From Perna viridis (taxonomy: Eukaryota), in assembly GCA_037379345.1 (NCBI GenBank), contig CM074519.1:31584103-31648102 (forward strand): 64,000 bases of DNA, in the 5' to 3' direction. The translations under genes and the position numbers were made by a program. Shown piece after piece: positions 39,835 to 52,391 of the stretch. Positions within the stretch are counted from its first letter, which is position 1. Each line of letters opens with the position of its first letter. The notes beneath the pieces are model-generated. The model was given only the letters and a program-made list of their open reading frames with translations. It searched no databases and was not told the origin of the DNA.

Positions 39835-40138
39835 GGGTGCATCTGATCCATGCTCCCAGTTTTTAGTGGAGTCCGAGTTGCTCATTTGCTTTTGTTACTT
39901 TGTATGTATGATTTTAGTTACTTTATGTTTTTTGTTGTGTATGTCTTTTTACCATGTCTGGTCTTTGTCCCTGGATTACATTCTTTTAATTATTGCTATA
40001 CCCTTGGTTCCCTTAATTACTCTTTGATTACCGCTATAAACTTGGTTCCCTTGATTACTCTTTGATTACCGCTATAACGTTGGTTCCCTTGATTACTCTT
40101 TGATTACCGCTATAACCTTGGTTCCCTTGATTACTCTT
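39835..40138 (+). mobile_element. Naiad 3'-end fragment with a 4x reiterated 38-nt terminus
   Basis: 3' UTR match followed by ttgattaccgctataaccttggttcccttgattactct x4. Confidence 0.9.
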
Positions 40139-40714
40139 TCAAAATATTTAAGTTATTATTTTCCAATATTTAAGTTTACTTAGATAGCTAATTTTGAACA
40201 GTTTTTATTTACTATCTTGCGGTTTTTATCATGGCCTATTGTTGTTCGACCAATAATGACGTTAACTCAAATATGTAAAAAGTTGTCAGGCAGATTCCTT
40301 TAAAATTTTAATAATCAAACACCACTGTCAAATTGTAAATCGAGGGAGACATAAATAATATATAGGGCAGTTACTACATTTATAAAGCAATAACATTCAC
40401 CTATATCTAAAAAAAATAAATCATACTAGTGCACAATTCAGAACTTTATTATTTTTTAAATAAAGAAATGTTATCAAAGTCAGAATTTACTTGAGTTGTG
40501 TATTTAAGATATATATGTTGACCATACCCCTAGAGATTTTGTCATTTATGGTAAATAAATTAAATATGAACTGGCAATTAAAGTATGCATACAATCAGTG
40601 TTATTACTGATATGATAAAAAGACCCTTGGTGTCCTTGTATTAAACAACACAACTATTTTTGTTCTATATATAATATCTATCAAAAACTTTTCTCTTTAT
40701 TTTGTCAGAAAAAA

Positions 40715-43700
40715 ATGAAACCCATTAGTGCGGCATTGATAATTGTTGTGTTTGCAGTTTTTGCAGCCGATGTCTCTGGTCAGAACTGTACATGCAAAAC
40801 ACAAACCGGAGACATTGTAGACATATCATCTCTAGGATTTAAAAACAGAACTGCAAGGTATGTATTCGATTTATTTAAGAAATATTTTCTAGATTTCTGA
40901 ACAGGTTATAGCGAGTGCAAAAATAACAGTATAGTGTGCATACATAAAAATAGCATTTTTTAAATGTTATCCTGTGATAGTTATCAGATAAAGCGGATAA
41001 TGTTCAATAGTCAACAGAACGTTCTTTACAGTGAATTCCGTAGCAAGAAGATAAGAAATTCACACTTATCGGGTCCAATAATCGAATATAGATTAGAGTT
41101 AATTTTTATCATTGAAAATATATTTCGGTCTTTAATGCAGTCCTTCAATTTTTCCCTGCATTATACAATATTCAAAGAAAACTTTGGCAACAATTGTATG
41201 TACTCTCGCATTTCATTGACTTTTCAAGAACTAACCTGTCTTGAAAAAATGAAACTCCAAGTTAAAGCATATATTTTTAAGATAGAAAAGGCAATCAGTT
41301 CTAGAATCTATGCAAAGCTTTTAGCTGTCAGTTGCATTAGTTTGATGTGCAATGGTACACCCATGTATAAAATATATAAATACGTAGGTCTTGGTGGAGA
41401 TTCCAAATCATCTTCCTAATATACCAAAGAATATGTATCGAATGGGGAAATATGTGCTCCTCAAATTGCTGACCTCTTCCTTCACTCTTAGGAGGCTGAT
41501 TTTATGATTAATGTGATCCAAAACAATCTAGTTTCGAGGATTTTATACATAGCAACTACCTCAAAGAACTTGAGATAAAGGACACGGCAGACACTGTGAA
41601 GTCAAACTCATATCTTTACGTTCATTTAGAGATCGATGGTAAAGGAAAACTAATGACCAGACTGCCGAAAAACGCGATGATTTTTTGTTCCGTATTGTCA
41701 CTTTTCCTTTCATCTGTGGCAACATCCCTTCAGCACCTGCATATGGGGTTTTTATATCACAACTCATACGTCATGCAGGGCTAGCCGTAATTACGCAGAC
41801 TTTTGTACCGCGCTAGATGTCTTAAAATTAAGGGTTATGTTATTACATGATTTAAGTCATCATTATAGAGTTTTATGAACGTCATCATGAACTCGTGGTT
41901 CGTTACGGTGTATCCATCTTCACCATGAGAATTGATTTGTTTAACGTGTCATAGTTTTCTTTTCCTCTTTAGTTTACCGCGGAATTGACTATTTATGAGC
42001 AAATCGGCGTGTGTTTTTTAATCTCATTTTCCGCTATATGATGACGTATTATCTTTAAATAATCCTAATTTCGGGGATTTGATACATTGCATCTACCTCA
42101 AAGAACTTGAGAGAGTAATCAAGGGAACCAAGGTTATAGCGGTAATCAAAAGAATGTAATCCAGGGACAAAGACCAGACATGGAAAACAGACATACACAA
42201 CAAAGATAAAGGATACTACAGACACTGTGAAGTCAGCCTCATATCTTGACCTACACGTAGACATCGATGGTAAAGGAAAACTATTGACCAAAGTTTACGC
42301 CAAACGTGATGACTTTTCATTCAAAATTGTCAACTTTCCTTTCATCTGTGGCAATATCCCTTCAGCACCTGCGTATGGAGCGTTCATATCACAACTCGTA
42401 CGTTATGCCAGAGCTTGCCGAAACTACACAGACTTTTTGTATCGCACTAGAACTCTAACAAATAGGCTTCTGAAACAGGGTTATGTTGCTACAAGATTGA
42501 AGTCATCACTACAGACGTTTTATGGTCGTCATCATGAACTCGTTGATCGTTATCTTGTATCCATCTGCACCATGAAAACTGATTTATTCAACGGGTCATA
42601 GTTTTCCTTTCCTTGTTTGTCTACCCCGGCCTTGACTTTTTATGAGCAACTCGGCGGGTGATTGTAGAAAAGCAGAGGACGTTTACCGGTGCACCTAGTC
42701 CATGCTCCCACTTTGTAGTGGAGTCTGAGTTGCTCATTGCTTTTGTTACTTTGTATGTATGATTTTAATTACTTTATGTTCTTTGTTGTGTATGTCTGTT
42801 TTCCATGTCTGATCTTTGTCCCTGGATTGCATTCTTTTGATTACCGCTATAACCTCGGTTCCCTTGATTACTCTTTAAAAAGGACGCTTAGCCTGCCGGT
42901 GCACCTGATCCGTGCCCCCAGTTTTATGTGGAGTCCGGGTTGCTCATTTACTTTTTGTTACTTTGTATGTATTATTTTGGCTATTTTATGTTCTTTTTTG
43001 TGTGTTTGTGTTTCCCATGTCTAGTATTTGTCACAGTGTTACATTATTTTTTATTTCCGCTAGAATCTTGGTTCTATTGATTACTCTTTAAGTCACAGAT
43101 TATATGTAATATATTCCCACTAGCTGTGGTGAATTGATATATTCTTGGAATTAGTACATATTATGAATAAGACTTCTTAAAATTTAGAAGGGTAAAACTG
43201 GAACTGCTTGTACAATGTATTTAAGGATAAAAATGAGAATTAAAAAAATATTGACCCTCGTGTTGTATGCCTACAATATACGCAATGCATAATCATAAGA
43301 GTTATTAGTACTTCAACTTATAACCTCGAGTGATCTTTTTGGCGATATAGCACAGAAAGAGTTTTTCGGTACATTATGAACTTATACATTAAGGTATTCT
43401 TAACAAACAACACTAAAAACTATTCAACATACATGCTTATAAACGAAACTACATACCTTTATGTACCTGGCGCGTGTTTCTATTTCATTATTGCACACGG
43501 TCATAACTGCGCTTCATGTAGACACTTACTACATGAAGTTTTTTTAAATGACCAAACAACACGTGTTTGGTTTTTACTGGTCCCACAAAATAAAGTTAAG
43601 CAGGAAAATGAAACTAAACAGCAAAATTAAATAGCATAACACATAAATAAATCCATTGAATTAAAACAAGTATAACTTGACTCAAAATCTTTACAATTTT

Positions 43701-46700
43701 GGCAGAAAAAGACGGTTCGACTACTCACTGATGTTAAGGGGACCAGTATTTCAAGTGGACCAAGTGTCGGCTTTCCTGATTGTCACATATAACCCATTTG
43801 GTGAACTCTAACTGCATTTTCCCCTCTTTCGTGTCTGGTTAAAACTTTTTGCAAATACCGCAAAGTTTGCTTAGATTTTTTTTTCTGCCTCAGTCCTATT
43901 ATCAGAATAACAAGAATCCTCTGCAATATTAATCTGACTTGGACCGGCTTTCGGAGAATCACTATTTTATTTGATTCTGAAGCTGCAGTTTTAACAGGTT
44001 TATCAGTGTTCTTGATTGACTTCCTAGTAACTTCAGACTTGCGAGGTTATTCGTTTATTTTTTATGGTCACATGTGTTTTGACGTTTTCAGTCACAGACT
44101 CCTCTGTGATAGGTCACACTGACAAAATTTCTTTGTTAGTGTTTTTTTCTAATCTTTATTCTTTTCACCTTCAGTTTCATCCTCTTCAACATATGAAACT
44201 TCCATTCCTACCACTTAAAATTTAACGAAATGATTCCTCAACGATTTCTGAAATATGATTGAATTTGACCATCCAGTTTCAGACATATTATAATCAGACC
44301 AGGAATGACACCAATTATCAAGTAATCGCTAGTAATCATTATCTAGGAAAACGAAATATAGTGAAATCTTAACACCAGATGCACTAACACAGCCTAGAAT
44401 GATAGAATGGTAATGGTTTGAATGGTGCCTGCAGGGTGTGGGGGGAGATCCAACAATAGATGGTGGCTTGTAGTTATCGAAAAGTTCTTTTTCATCAATA
44501 TTAAATATCAATATTTATATCAGATGAGGTTTGTAATTCAGGTCATACTTGTCTATTACTGCTCTAAGTTCTTTGAAAGTTTAATTTATACTATTTTGGA
44601 TTACACATTCCTAAGCTACGGGGCTTAAACACTTTTTAAGTTCTGCCCATCTTTAATCAATCCTCTGAACCATTTTAATGTTAAGGGTTTATCATTGTTT
44701 TTTATCCAGAGCTGAACAAAGTAGTGATTGACTATATAAGCGTATAACCGTAACCATGGCTTGCCATAACCTTTATATATTCAACTTGCCTTGTTTCATC
44801 TTCCATATCTAAGATTGGAGCCCTCCCAGTGGTAATACATTCAGGATCAACTCTACCTGACAGACTATCCCTCAAAAACTTTGTTTTACTAGGATTTTTA
44901 ACTTTGGTATCGAATATCGATAAGAAAGTTAGCCAATATTAATACACACTTTAGCAGGTATACTCATTGAAAATCTACAACATTTGAATATTTGTACAGC
45001 ATATAAGTGCATTTCGGACTATTCTTGTGGATTATTTATCGGTTTGTAATTTAAATTAAAATTAATTTTCTGATTTCTTATATTTTTTTCACCTACTTAA
45101 AGTCACCTTATGTGATGTAAGAGGTAATGCAATGCAAACGTTTTCCGATAATAAATTGAATTAACTTATTCAGTAAGTAAATTCAAAGGTTGATTTTAAT
45201 TTCAAGTGGCTTTCTTATTTTAGATTTATTTGATCAACAGCTTAAGTCATGTTTTTTTTCTGACTTATATATGTATAAGAGTAATCAAGATTCTAGTAGA
45301 AATCAAAAGAATGTAATCCAGGGACAAAGACCCGACATGGAAAACAGACAAACACAACAAAGAACATAAAGTAACTAAAATAATACATACAAAGTAAAAA
45401 AAAAGTAAATGATCACTCGGACTCCAGTGCTAGGGTAAGCGTCCTCTGATTTTCTAAAAACACTCAGTTGCTCATAAAAAGTCAAGTCCGAGGTAGACGA
45501 AAGAGGAAAGGAAACTATGACACGTTGAACAAATCAGTTTTCATGGTACAGATGGATACACCGTAACGATCCACGAGTTCATGATGACGACCATGAAACT
45601 TTTGTAGTGATGCCTTCAATCTTGTAGCAACATAACCCTGTTCCAGAAGTCTAATTGTAAAAAGTCTAGCGCGATACAAAAAGTCTACTTACTTACGGCA
45701 AGCTCTGGCATAACGTATGAGTGAGTGTGATATGAAAACTCCATACGCAGGTGCAGAAGGGAAGTTGCCACAGATGAAAGGAAAGTTGACAATCTGAATG
45801 ACAAGTCATCAAGTTGTCGTCAAGTTTGGTCCATAGTTTTCCCTTACCATCGATTTCTAAGTGTATGTCAAGTTATTAGACTTACTTCACAGTGTCTGTA
45901 GTATCATATATCTCAAGTTCTTTGGAGTAGATGCGATGTATCAAATTCACTAAACTAGGATTGTTTAACGATAGTGCGTCATCTATATAGCGGAAACTGA
46001 CATTAAAGGATCTAGCTAGACGAGATTACTGTTCAAATGGAGTTTGAAAATGTGTTATGTTTGTAATTAAGTGTAAAGTGTATAAATGTGCAGAGACTTA
46101 GCTTTGATTTGAGCCAAGGATAAAAAAAAAAATATTTTAGTATTCACAAAATTAGAAAGCATGACACTTTCATATTTTTCACTGCGTGCATGTATTGTGA
46201 TTCACATCAAAGCTATGTCATTTTAAATATAGTTTTCAAAAATGCTAATTTCCACATTCCATCATTAATAGTACAAACATTATAACCTTGGTCTCTCTAA
46301 ATAAAATCATAGGAATCGAACTTAAAATATGTAAACAATGGCCAGGATTGTAGTCACAATTGGATATATTTTTTTAAACTTTTTGTAATTAATTATTGTT
46401 GGTCTTAGTAAAATGGTAGTTTTGGTGAAAATATTATGTATCATTGACTTTTGCAAATATATGAAAGCAATCTATATTTAGAATGCACAGAAAATAATGC
46501 CATAAAGTTTTCGCGTACAATATGTAAACAAAAATAGAGGGCGCAGTTAGAACGCTCCATGAAACAAATGAAATATTTATTAAAAACAATTGAAATTATA
46601 ATTTTCCACTTTAAGAAAATACAAATTACAACTATCAACGGAAAACTCCCCGAAGGGGAACAAGATATATTAAATCATGATTATCAATTGAAGGTTTTCT

Positions 46701-49700
46701 GGTTATCAATCCTCGCAAGGCTTAGACTACATATATTCATTTAACCCATGTTATGGATTTGACTACCTTAGTTGTGAAAAATCTGCGGTGAGTAAATCTT
46801 CAAAACAGTATGGAAAACCATATCATTTTGACAAATTGGAAACTAAAGGTCATCGAAAATTGAATAAAACACTGAAGGCTCAACATCAATTGACCTTTTG
46901 AACTATGAACTTTCATGAGTTCAATACGGACTTCATTTTGAGTAATTGACACTTATTTTTTTCATTTTGCGTATATATCAAATTTGATTTTCTATGTAGC
47001 ATTGAAATTGGTGTACAGGTAGAGAGAATTATTTTCTTTGCTTCTTTGTTTTCAATTACCTTCTTCTTTATTTGGCTAATTACAATTAAAAATTATCCTA
47101 AATTGATAAAAGACTCATTTTAGATCTGTCAGTATGGGAAAAGCAAGAACTTTTCGTACAACATTGCTGCTGCTGATTCGATGAAGTGCGAAAACGATGG
47201 AAAGCAGTTCTTTTTCACCGGGGATGAATTCCGTCCTGGCGTTAAGAGGTAAAATAACATGAAAATCGAAATTATTTATTGTGTATATGAAAAAGTATGA
47301 TACAAGATTATCAAAATTTCGGTCCATTTTACCATAAAATAATCCTACGTTTTATTAGAACTAATTTCACTTCCATCGACTATTTTAGTTTAATCAAACG
47401 CTATTTGAATTAAGTTTTATAAGACTTTCTGGACTCACTCTTTTAATAAATCAGATTGGCATTTTCTATGTATCTTTTAAATAACATGATTTTTAACGTT
47501 TACTTTATATTTGAAATGCATTTTTTCGTACTCTCGAAGGATAACATATTCTTTCAGTAGATTTGAAAAATCAATTCAAGTGTAAAATTGTATTTCGAAC
47601 AAAACAGCAACTTATATGTTATATGATGTGAAATTAATAGCCAATATCCAATACATATCAAAATAAGTATCATACACACATCAAAAATTGAAATTATAAA
47701 TACCGTGATAAACTAAAAAAACAGTAACCTTCTGCAGCTGTGATCAGAGAGATAATTAAAGATGTACATTAACACAGGCTCTGCAAAACAATGTTGATAG
47801 CCAGATTTACCAACAGAATGAGTATCCTCTGCTTTTCTAATAACACCAAGAGGTTTCAAATAATGTTGTGATTTTAGGACCAGTACAGTAAATTGTAACT
47901 GTGATCCATCTGCAGAGGTACCAAGGTTTGACGTCATTGGAGAAATATCATTTGGTTCATACGTAAGTACGTTACCAGGGGTTTGCTAAAGATTAATTTA
48001 GTACAATTCTTTTTTAATCAGGCTTAATGATTCATAATTAATAAGTAGTAAGTAAAAATACCGAATACAAAAGCAGGAATACTAAAAAAATCCGCAAGAA
48101 ATCATGATGGGAACACAAAAAATCGACAGATGACGTACAATTCATTATACAGAAACGAACAGTATGAACCCCAATAAAACCTGGGGAAATTATAATTGCT
48201 CCGGAAGGGTTACATTTTATTGATGAGTTTACATTTGACATCGTTAATGTTTTTTTTATTCTTTGCTTAGCTTTTCACTTTGACAAGTAAATGTTGTTGT
48301 CCTGGTCTTTGTGAAGGATCTCCAAAGCCTGTCGGAAAATGTATAGGTATTGTTTTATGCATTTATTTACATCGTGTCCTTGGCGAATAAAAACTACCAA
48401 GTTGACTGAGACGAAAACTTTCGGGTTGTAACTCACAATAATCTATCACTTGTGGAGGATTTTATATTGCTCTATGCATACTGATCTTCTGTTTGTTCAA
48501 AATCAATCCATTCTGGATATTTTTTTTATTCAAAGCCTACGTTTTGAAATCTTGATCTTGATATGAACATGACAAGAAAGTTCTAAGAATAATGAAAAAA
48601 CTTTCGTTTTCCAAATTTGTTCCAGCACTTTTGAAATAACTCTTTTTTTCCTTTCGTCTATTTATCGCAAGGAACTAATGGTTGTTTCTGTAAGACTGAG
48701 GAAGGGTTTGCCATTGACTTATCAACTGTTGGATACAGAGACGGAACGGCAAGGTAGGTTATGGCAAAACAATGAATGTTGTGAAATGAATAATATCTAG
48801 ACCGGAAATCTAATCAAACCTGATATTTATTTTCTTCATATCAATCTCATTTGATATTCGAATTTCATTCTGGATTTTTCAAAATATAAAAATTTGGTTT
48901 TAACCCGTTACACTTTATCTCAAATAACTGAAATCAATCTTTAAGAAAAAGTTAAAAGAAATGTTTATCGATACCCAGGAAGTAAAAAAAAACCAAACAT
49001 AGCATTAGTACCAAAATAATCATTTTGAATATGAACATAGAGTATACATACTGTTTGTTTTAGACACACAACACTTGANNNNNNNNNNNNNNNNNNNNNN
49101 NNNNNNNNNNNNNNNNNNNNNNNNNNNNNNNNNNNNNNNNNNNNNNNNNNNNNNNNNNNNNNNNNNNNNNNNNNNNNNNNNNNNNNNNNNNNNNNNNNNN
49201 NNNNNNNNNNNNNNNNNNNNNNNNNNNNNNNNNNNNNNNNNNNNNNNNNNNNNNNNNNNNNNNNNNNNNNNNNNNNAGATTAGCTATTGCGTTTGACACT
49301 ATTTTGCAACTGCTGGATGTCTCGGTGAATAATGTAGATTTGATTTTCTTTAAAATTATACTTAAAGAGTACTAGTTAGATGTGTTCCAAAGTTTCAAGA
49401 AACATGTTTGCAATATGCACAATGCATGTGTACAGGCTATGATTGCATTTGAAAAATATTTTGTAGATTTACCCATGTTCCAGGCCCAGATGGGTTTCTG
49501 TATTCCTATAACCCATGCTATCCTTTCAATCAACTTAACTGTATCAACTCGGCAGTAAGTAACACGGAAAACTAAATCCGTCTGAAAAAAAGGATATATT
49601 ACATCGCTCGTCGAGCTTAACAAAAGTATGAATCATGTGATGCTATCAAATTTATAGCAAAGATGAGATATGCTAAAAATCGTTTCAAATATGACAAGTT

Positions 49701-50756
49701 TTGTATTTCACCAACAAAAAACGTTACATCTTTATCATTGAAGGTAAGCTACAATATGCTCAAGTCTGACAAAGATATCTATCGATTATTCTTACAGTAT
49801 GTCACGGCCTTTTGATACTTATATTACTATTTCTGTAGGCTTGCCAGGAGGACCAGAATCAGTTTGTCTCGTACTCGATTGGTGATTACAGCACAGCAAC
49901 ATTTTACTACGACAAACAAATGGAAGAAAATCATATTTTGTACAGAGCACCAGGAAGTGATACTCATGACCGGTATTCAATAAAATCTACTTGAAATATT
50001 TTCTATACGTTCAGGTCTCGACAAAAAAATCCACCATCCTCATTAAGAACTGAATGACCTCTACAGGTCAATTTCAATGAAAAAATAGCTTCTATCTGCC
50101 ATAAATGTTCTTCCTTATCTGATATTACCTTATATAGTACTCCTTTCGTTTATTCGATTTATATCCTATTTATAATTCCTGTCAAGGAATGGTCAAGTTT
50201 TATGCAATAGTAGGATCAGCATTTTACAATCGAAGTTCCAGCTGTTCCCCTTGTACTTGTAAAAGGCTGATATTTATGTTGAAGTTTTAAAACTGCTACA
50301 ATGTCAAGTTAATTTCAGAATAACTGATGTCACGCTCGTTTGTGATGTGGACGCCGCTGAACCAATTCTAGAAATAAAAGGACAGACGAGACCCCTTGTA
50401 TATGTAAGCATTTCATGAATTTTACATATATATGTATAATATATATTGCTTTCGTCTTTCAAGGAATCAATAGTCCTTCTAATAATTAAAGTTGTTCTTT
50501 GACTGGATGAAAGACAATTAAAATAGCAACACAATAACTGACCAAGATGAACCCACACCTGGTGTTTATAAAGTACTAACCAAAATATTTCGTTCTTTGA
50601 ATAAATACCTGACTTAAAAATGATGGTTGAAACTCTTTATGAACTCATAGTAATAAGGAATTTTGTATTTTGTATTATGTAATAGACAGGATTAATTATG
50701 CCAATTAGAATGAGTTGAATGTATGATTGTTATTACGTTTTTTGTTGTCTGTTTTC

Positions 50757-50790
<34 letters not shown>

Positions 50791-50964
50791 TATATATATA
50801 TATATGTTACACTTTTGCTACATAGTTATTCAACCAAAACCAAATGAATAAGAATTACAGTCTGTTATTATCATCTTTGTATTTTATCATCTTTATCGTT
50901 ACAGAATATGACTTTGACCACGAACTGTGCATGTCCAAATGGATGTGAACCAAATACACAGTAA
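40715..50964 (+). CDS. Secreted protein with two tandem MRH (M6P receptor homology/ATG27-like) domains, 323 aa; exons 40715-40857, 46694-46787, 47124-47248, 47878-47962, 48271-48346, 48672-48753, 49467-49554, 49839-49972, 50319-50403, 50905-50964
   Basis: Signal peptide MKPISAALIIVVFAVFAADVSG; all nine introns are GT-AG with matching phases (2,0,2,0,1,2,0,2,0) and the frame is stop-free (972 nt); motifs CxC..IDLS, YS(F/Y)NPC, CQ, R..V..xCD, LT(S/T)xCxCPxxC each occur twice; no TM segment. Confidence 0.88.
41090..43090 (+). mobile_element. Nested, tandem and inverted Naiad copies in intron 1 of the MRH gene
   Basis: RT C-terminus ...KSASYLDLHVDIDGKG...KTDLFNGS* (42227-42601), preceded by a decayed copy and an inverted 3' tail (42112-42205), followed by two 3' ends. 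Confidence 0.9.
43700..44960 (-). mobile_element. Decayed pogo/Tigger-type (CENP-B HTH + DDE_1) transposase with a C-terminal PHD-like finger
   Basis: Minus-strand remnants HGYG..DKPLTLKWFRGLIK, IFNIDEK..KPPSIV, ILGCVSASG..YFVF, SETGWSNSIIF, CGICKKF..KWVICD..HLVHLK. Confidence 0.75.
45278..46025 (-). mobile_element. Naiad RT C-terminus plus 3' end
   Basis: Reverse complement of the RT thumb and 3' UTR seen at 42.2-42.9 kb. Confidence 0.88.
49079..49276. other. Assembly gap (N run) inside intron 6 of the MRH gene
   Basis: Run of N. Confidence 0.99.
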
Positions 50965-52391
50965 ATTCACATGAATTTTTTTTTCTTTTTTTCTTTTTAG
51001 TTTGAATATTATTGTGTTGCATAAATTGTAGTCTTCCATTTTAATTATACATTATCATTCATAATGTACAGTCACAATGACGTGAAAACGTGAGTAATAT
51101 GAGCGATACCACAAACGTCTATTAATACAATCGTGAAATTACACACGTAGGTATGTGGTCATCGGGTTTTGTAATTTTCACACTTGTTACACATTCAGTG
51201 TCGATTATCAGATCATGGCACCTACTAAACAAAAACAGGATGTTACATACTAAATATATGGGAAAATTTCCCTCGGATAAAACATTTCTAGTTAAGCGCA
51301 ATCAAGAAAATTGGTGAGATGGACACAGCTGGAATGTCACTCTTTACACACAAAAAGCGGTTTGCAATGTGAAAAAAAGTCATTTGTCATATAGCTTAGT
51401 TTCATCTTACTACGTCAACCACTACGTGTGGGTAAAGAAAAAGTCTGACATAAGGTTATTTTGATGTAATCTTGTTTTACTTTCGGTTTTAACGATTATT
51501 TGTGCTCCTGATTTCTAAATGTTTTATAGGCTTTTTCCCATTTTTTATCATTACTTATTAGTTACCTTGATCTTCCTCGGCATTAGCAAATATGTTGTCG
51601 ATTGAATTTGATTGCGGAGGAGGTCGACTACGAGGTCTAAAGAAATTATTGCACCCTTCAAACAATTATTAAGCAAGTAGTTGGGTATTATTTGGGTCAG
51701 TCGTTGATTGGAATGGAATCGTGGAATTTCAATTAATAACCACATGCACATGTGTGTTGTTTGAAACTCTGGAAACTAACACACACCAAGGAAACTAACA
51801 CACACCAAGGAAAACTCTGAAAAGCTTATCATACAATATCCAAAAGAAAACATTGCTACCATGATAGTCGTTTTTTGATGAATGAACATTTTTTCTTTAA
51901 TTTAAGTGAACAGTGACTTATATATGTACAAGTTGTTTTATCATCGATTTGAAAAAAAAAGAAAACTGACAATGCATTTGGATATTGATTTGTATTGCAA
52001 AGGTTGAAATGCTACACAAGGACTAATCTCTCATCAGCAGCAAAACCAATAACAGGAGAAGGTCCTATTGATTGCTAATAACCAAAATTATTGCAACAGA
52101 AAGCCAAATCCAGAACCGAGATGTTTTTCATTAGTTATAACAGGAGTGAACGCTCAATGTTTTAGGGGTTTGAATTTCGAGTCACTGTAAATTTAGGTCA
52201 ATTATATCCGGTTCATCTACAAGTCTGGTCATATCAAAAGAACCACAGACCTTACTGTCGAAAAGTGAAAAGGGTAAATAAATTCTAATAAATTAATTTG
52301 CGTTTGTGTATACAAATGATACATATGAAATCAACAATATTGGCATTTGATTGTATTTTTAATCAGAAATAAACCACTTCCAATCAGACGT

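Noticed and set aside
39850-40065. Recurrent hydrophobic ORF (SGVRVAHLLLLLCMYDF...), also at 15736, 42737 and 63067
   Set aside because: It is a chance translation of the T-rich Naiad 3' UTR; starts and frames vary between copies.
42227-42601. Selenocysteine-recoding Naiad, as reported in some clams
   Set aside because: Cys positions use TGT/TGC, and I saw no conserved in-frame TGA or SECIS.
49060-49299. ORFs spanning the N run
   Set aside because: Artefacts of the assembly gap.
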